This document shows positions 55,327 through 60,040 of a DNA stretch of 60,040 nt, piece after piece. Origin of the DNA: a virus (lineage: Duplodnaviria; Caudoviricetes); IMG/VR virus record IMGVR_UViG_3300044825_000703, positions 1 to 60,040 of that record. One strand, 5' to 3'. The number at the start of each line of letters is the position of its first letter. Positions within the stretch are counted from its first letter, which is position 1. The notes under the pieces were generated by a model that worked only from the letters and a program-made list of their open reading frames with translations, searched no databases and had not been told where the DNA came from. Position numbers and translations under genes: made by a program.

Positions 55327-55855
55327 ATGGCAACGTGGATTATTGAATGGATGAACACCACGCCGTCTACTGCCACTCCCGCCGAGCGTGTTATTACGGC
55401 CGGATGGAGATGCAACGGTGAGCAGGGTGGTTTCACCGCCACCGTCTACGGATCGGCTGGATTCACTTACACCGAAGGCGAACCGTTCACGCCGTTCAAC
55501 CAACTGACCCAAGAGCAAGTGCTTGGCTGGGTATGGGCGAGCGGTGTAGACAAGGCCGAGGTCGAGGCGAACATCCAGCGTCAACTTGACGATCAAATCA
55601 ACCCGCCGATTATTCAACCGCCGCTGCCGTGGGCTTAACATGATCAAGATGGTAGAAGCGCACGACAAGGGTGAGTCAATCGAGCCCAAGCACACCGTGG
55701 AGATTCTGTGTCCAGCGTGTGATCGGGATGTTGACGCCCAAGAGTTGTTCGACCTGAAGTGCAATGACTGCGGACAAGACCTGTCAGAGCCGAAGCAGAA
55801 CGTAGCAATCTTTGCGACGACCGTTCCGGCAGCCGGAGGCGGTACGTTGCTCTAA
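55327..55855 (+). CDS. Tail-fibre accessory protein (55327-55638) and small zinc-finger protein (55640-55855)
   Basis: FTPFNQLTQEQVLGWV...LPW; CPAC...CNDC. Confidence 0.6.
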
Positions 55856-55868
55856 AGGAAGCTGAGGG

Positions 55869-57779
55869 ATGGCCTTCATCAAACTCCAGTTTCGACCGGG
55901 CTTGAATCGAGATCAGACGAACTACACGAACGAGGGTGGTTGGTTTGACTGCGACAAGATTCGGTTTCGTTCCGGGTATCCACAGAAGCTTGGTGGATGG
56001 GTTGCGGCCACCTCTCAGACCTTCCTGGGTGTGTGTCGTCAGTTGTTTGGGTGGATCACAAGCTTCGGCGACAACCTGCTCGCTTTAGGAACGAGCAAGA
56101 AGGTCTACATCGAGGTTGGTGCTCAGTATTACGACATCACGCCGTATGAGAGCATCACCTCGGCTGGAGATGTGACGTTTGCTGCTACGAACGGCAGCTC
56201 ATCCATCACTGTGTACGACACCAATGCCAATCCTGTTGTGGGCAACTATGTGACGTTCAGCGGGGCGACGTCTCTTGGTGGCAACATCACGGCCGCTGTG
56301 CTCAATCAGAACTACGAGATCGCTACGGTTGTAGATGCTGATGAGTACACGATCATCGCCAAAAGCCCAACAACCGGGGCGGCTGTTACGGCTAATGCGT
56401 CCGACACTGGAAATGGTGGTGCGGCTACTGTTGGATCGTATGAGATCGACGTAGGGTATGACTTTGCCACCTTTGGTTATGGATGGGGTACGTCAACATG
56501 GGGAACGGTGCCTTGGGGGCTAGGATCCGCGTCACCCATCATCCTGCCACAACGCGACTGGTTCTTCGATCAGTTCGACAATGATCTGGTGATGAACTAT
56601 CGGAATGGGCCGATGTTCTACTGGGCGCGTGGCACAGGCGGCATTGATCCGTCCTTGAATACGAGGGCAGTCTTCATTTCCGATCTTCCTGGTGCGGCTG
56701 ATGTTCCGGGACAGGTCATGCAGTGCCTAGTCTCCCAGAACGATAGGCATTTGTTGGCATTTGGCTGCATCCCGTATGGCTCCACGTCAAACGTCGACTT
56801 TGATCCGATGCTGATTCGCTGGGCCTCTCAGGACGCCCCGGAGTTCTGGACGCCTGGGTTTGTTACCGTGCCTTCTACAGGAACTCTCAGCAGCGCCGGG
56901 TTCCGTCGTGTATCGCGTGGTTCTCGAATCGTCCGGGCGATTCCAACTCGGCAAACGATTCTAGTCTTCACTGATACCCACCTCTACTCTTTACAGTTTC
57001 TTGGAACAACAGACGTCTTTGACCTCCAAGAGTACGCAGACAACATCTCCATCATCAGTCCACGGGCTGTATCGACGGCCAGCAACGTGACGTACTGGAT
57101 GGGGACGGATAAGTTCTACGCCTACGGTGGTGTTGTTGATACATTGCCTTGCACGCTCAGGAATCATGTATTCAACAACCTGAACTACGACCAGACGGAT
57201 CAGATTGTTTCTGGAACCAATGAAGGATTCCACGAGATCTGGTGGTTCTATCCTAGTGCGAATGCCCAGTACAACGACAGCTACGTTGTGTACAACTATC
57301 TGGAGAAGATTTGGTACTTTGGGTCGATTGATAGGACGGCCTGGCTCGATGCAGCCCAGCGTGAGTTCCCGCAGGCTGTAGGGACTGAGAACATCCTCTA
57401 CGATCACGAGAGGGGCGTGGATGCCAACGGTGGTCCGATGGAGGCTTACATCCAGTCCTCAGACTTCGATATTGGTGACGGCGAGAACTTCATGTTGAGC
57501 CGACGGGTGATCCCGGACATCAACTTCACCGGCTCTACTGCCGCAACCCCGGAAGTGGACTTCATTATCCGGCCGCGTAACTTCCCTGGATCTCAGTTCC
57601 AAAGCGATTCGTTTGACAATCAACCGGTTGTTCAGAGTTCCGTGAATGTCTATACCGATCAGATATTCATACGAGCCCGAGCGCGTCAAATGGCGTTGAA
57701 GATCCAGTCGGATGGTTTGGGTGTGACATGGCAGTTGGGTTCGCCTCGACTTGATGTGACGAAAGACGGACGGCGGTAA
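55869..57779 (+). CDS. Probable tail hub/nozzle (P22 gp10-like) protein
   Basis: Size, beta-propeller-like sequence, IRWASQD motif and position. Confidence 0.6.
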   Translation: MAFIKLQFRPGLNRDQTNYTNEGGWFDCDKIRFRSGYPQKLGGWVAATSQTFLGVCRQLFGWITSFGDNLLALGTSKKVYIEVGAQYYDITPYESITSAGDVTFAATNGSSSITVYDTNANPVVGNYVTFSGATSLGGNITAAVLNQNYEIATVVDADEYTIIAKSPTTGAAVTANASDTGNGGAATVGSYEIDVGYDFATFGYGWGTSTWGTVPWGLGSASPIILPQRDWFFDQFDNDLVMNYRNGPMFYWARGTGGIDPSLNTRAVFISDLPGAADVPGQVMQCLVSQNDRHLLAFGCIPYGSTSNVDFDPMLIRWASQDAPEFWTPGFVTVPSTGTLSSAGFRRVSRGSRIVRAIPTRQTILVFTDTHLYSLQFLGTTDVFDLQEYADNISIISPRAVSTASNVTYWMGTDKFYAYGGVVDTLPCTLRNHVFNNLNYDQTDQIVSGTNEGFHEIWWFYPSANAQYNDSYVVYNYLEKIWYFGSIDRTAWLDAAQREFPQAVGTENILYDHERGVDANGGPMEAYIQSSDFDIGDGENFMLSRRVIPDINFTGSTAATPEVDFIIRPRNFPGSQFQSDSFDNQPVVQSSVNVYTDQIFIRARARQMALKIQSDGLGVTWQLGSPRLDVTKDGRR

Positions 57780-58504
57780 TGGCGCTGGAGAATTTCAGAG
57801 CACCTCCGCTTCCTCTGCCTGGGGATCAGTACGACAAGCGGTACGTACAGCAGTTGATTCGTGCATTGACGCTGTACTTCAACCTATTGGACTCTGCGGC
57901 TCCGAACCAGGCGCAGTCGTACAGAGCAGATGCGTTCTACGGCGGGGTATTTGAAGGCGACGGCCGAGGCATATCTCGGCCTCACGGAAGCTACTTCAGT
58001 AATGTTGATCAGGCGATAGCCGCGATTAACACGCCGTATCCAGTCACAGTCAACCAGGTGGAGTCTGAGATTGGCGTGATTGTTCAAGATGGATCTAAGG
58101 TCGTCGTACCCTATGACGGGGTGTACAACTTCGAGTTTTCGGCGCAGGTGGTCAAGGCGTCTGGCAGTGCTGGCAAGGTGTACTTTTGGCCTCGGATCAA
58201 CGGGGTGGATGTTCCAAGCTCCAACACAGAGATTACGGTTCAAGGGTCCAGTGCGTCGGCGGTGGCGGCATGGAACTTCATGTTGACTATGAATGCCGGG
58301 GAGTTTTTTCAGCTCATGTGGGCTGGGGATGCCACAGACATTACGTTAGAGCATAACGATACTCCGACAGTTGGGCCTGCGATTCCGTCTGTCATTTTGA
58401 CGGTCGATATGGTCTCCAGCCTGACCACTCCGTCTCTGTTTGCCGAACCGATTGGGACCGTATCTGCTGGACTTGTGGGCAGAGTAACGGTGACAATTAC
58501 ATAG
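57779..58504 (+). CDS. Tail-associated protein with a C1q/TNF-like beta domain
   Basis: GVYNFEFSAQ...AAWNF...IPSVILTV. Confidence 0.5.
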   Translation: MALENFRAPPLPLPGDQYDKRYVQQLIRALTLYFNLLDSAAPNQAQSYRADAFYGGVFEGDGRGISRPHGSYFSNVDQAIAAINTPYPVTVNQVESEIGVIVQDGSKVVVPYDGVYNFEFSAQVVKASGSAGKVYFWPRINGVDVPSSNTEITVQGSSASAVAAWNFMLTMNAGEFFQLMWAGDATDITLEHNDTPTVGPAIPSVILTVDMVSSLTTPSLFAEPIGTVSAGLVGRVTVTIT

Positions 58505-58527
58505 TGAGATCAAGAAGGGATTTAGAC

Positions 58528-59811
58528 ATGATGTATTACCAAGGACGGCCAGGGCCGTTGTTTGCAGGTGGTGGACTAGCCAGTCTTGCAGCCAAGGGGC
58601 GTGGCGGCGACTCCATTTTGGTTCACATGTCGCCCGATGAGGTGATGAATCTTCAGCAGATGGCCCGTATGCGAGGCCAGACGATGACGATCAATCCTGA
58701 TACCGGGCTCCCCGAGGCGTTCAAACTACGGAAACTGCTTCGTGGTCTCGCCACCCTCGCGCCGATTGCTGCGGCGTTCTTCCCTCCCCTTGCGGCGGCG
58801 CTTCCAGCTCTCGCCACACCGTTGGGTGCTGGTGCGGCGGGTGCGATTGCGGGCGGACTATCGGGTGATAAGGGGTTTGATCTCAAACGTGGTTTGACGG
58901 GTGGCCTGTTGTCGTATGGCCTGAGCTCAGCCATGCAGGGATTGAAAGCGGCTGGTGGTGTAGGTGAAGCGGCAGGTGCAGCGGCAGGTGATACAACGGC
59001 GGCGGCTACCTTGGCGGGGCAGGAAGCTGGGATTGCAGGACTGCAAGGGGTGAGCGGTGCTCCTGTGCCCATGACAGTGGCTCCGGTGCCGGCATCGACC
59101 GGCCCCCAATTCACAGCATCTGAGCTCTCGTCCCTTAGCCCGCAAGCTCGGGCAGCAGTCGCCAGTGCGCCCGCATCGTCAGCGGTAATGGGTAGCCCGA
59201 TTGATGGGATTAGCAACCTTATGTCGAGCGATGCGGCAACCCGTTCTGCGGCGCAACAAGCGTTCTCAACTCAGTTTGGGCGTGGTGCATTGATGGCGAC
59301 TGGTGTTGGTGCACTTGGAACAATGGCGCTAGATGAACAAGAGAAGTTTGCCAAACAGGCGCTGGCCGAGGGTAAGATTGCACAGGCCGAGTACGATGCC
59401 ATGATGGCACGTATCAATGCCGCCCGTTCAAACGCCGAACGCGCAATGCAAGCGAATCCGTACCGGCTGTATGCTGCCGGTGGTGATGTTGGTGATGACC
59501 AAGAAGATCCGATGTTCAACCCGGTAAGCTTCCGTCGTGGTGGTCTTGGCTCTCTTCCTCCTCGATACATTGACGGCAAGGGCGACGGAATGAGCGACTC
59601 CGTGCCTGCTGTGATTTCCAACAAACAACCCGCAAGACTGGCCGATGGGGAGTTCGTCATCCCGGCAGACGTGGTCAGTCATCTCGGCAACGGGTCAAGC
59701 AAAGCCGGGGCCAAACAGCTCTACTCCATGATGGATCGTGTTCGTAAAGCCAGGACCGGCAACCCGCGTCAAGGGAAGGCAATCAATGCTCCCCGAATGA
59801 TGCCCGCGTGA
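58528..59811 (+). CDS. Putative internal virion/ejection protein
   Basis: GRGGDSILVH...INPDTGLPEAF; hydrophobic Gly/Ala segment; GDGMSDSVPA...LADGEFVIPADVV. Confidence 0.65.
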   Translation: MMYYQGRPGPLFAGGGLASLAAKGRGGDSILVHMSPDEVMNLQQMARMRGQTMTINPDTGLPEAFKLRKLLRGLATLAPIAAAFFPPLAAALPALATPLGAGAAGAIAGGLSGDKGFDLKRGLTGGLLSYGLSSAMQGLKAAGGVGEAAGAAAGDTTAAATLAGQEAGIAGLQGVSGAPVPMTVAPVPASTGPQFTASELSSLSPQARAAVASAPASSAVMGSPIDGISNLMSSDAATRSAAQQAFSTQFGRGALMATGVGALGTMALDEQEKFAKQALAEGKIAQAEYDAMMARINAARSNAERAMQANPYRLYAAGGDVGDDQEDPMFNPVSFRRGGLGSLPPRYIDGKGDGMSDSVPAVISNKQPARLADGEFVIPADVVSHLGNGSSKAGAKQLYSMMDRVRKARTGNPRQGKAINAPRMMPA

Positions 59812-59821
59812 GAGGTACACA

Positions 59822-60040
59822 ATGAGTAACGGAACCACCACTACAGTTCGTGAGCTGAATGCCATCCCGGCAGAACTACAGCCGTTCTTTGTAAGCTCAA
59901 AAAAACCGGGTGAAGAAGGATATTCTCCGGGCCTGCTTGAGACGGCACAGGGCTTCTACTCTCGTGGCTATCAAGACGTATACGCCCCGTATCTTCAATC
60001 TCCGTATGCGGGCGCTGGTCGCGTGGCTGGCTTGGAAACA
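59822..60040 (+). CDS. N-terminal part of a Q/A/G-rich internal virion (ejection-type) protein that spans the circular junction
   Basis: ATG 59822 after GAGAGG; reads MSNGTTTTVREL...AGRVAGLET, in frame with ORF 113..1207. Confidence 0.8.
   Translation, partial: MSNGTTTTVRELNAIPAELQPFFVSSKKPGEEGYSPGLLETAQGFYSRGYQDVYAPYLQSPYAGAGRVAGLET
59911..60040. repeat. Direct terminal repeat, right copy
   Basis: Identical to 1-130 except one base. Confidence 0.97.

Overview
The window is an apparently complete, circular ~59.9-kb tailed-phage genome: bases 1-130 repeat at 59911-60040. It looks podovirus-like, with a P22-type portal, no tape measure or sheath, and large ejection-type proteins. The + strand carries the packaging and virion module (33772-60040, continuing through 1-11482): terS, a LexA-type HTH, intein-containing terL, portal, GroES, scaffold, major capsid, a free-standing EndoVII homing endonuclease, a glycosyltransferase, a cluster of small basic proteins, tail proteins and a 2802-aa polyvalent protein. 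A second + block (25846-29902) encodes an intein-containing SF2 helicase, a glycosyltransferase and a Toprim primase. The - strand carries early genes (30232-33088) and middle genes (11534-25696), including a PD-(D/E)XK exonuclease, ERF, a methyltransferase, MazG, ThyX, a modular mini-gene array, holin, GH19 endolysin, a ParB-like protein and RusA. I recognised no DNA polymerase, integrase, tRNA or CRISPR array. The top observation is a ~64-nt stand-alone small RNA (15054-15117, - strand) with its own sigma70 promoter and terminator. Its hairpin loop is antisense to a CACUGCCA motif found at the translation-initiation regions of five phage genes, which suggests a trans-acting sRNA regulon. Other notable items are two further structured RNAs, a 97-bp inverted repeat pair 16 kb apart, a near-consensus parS site, a class 3 intein and a recurring [FYMK]xxGG motif in virion proteins. 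All calls come from reading the sequence by eye; no searches were run.
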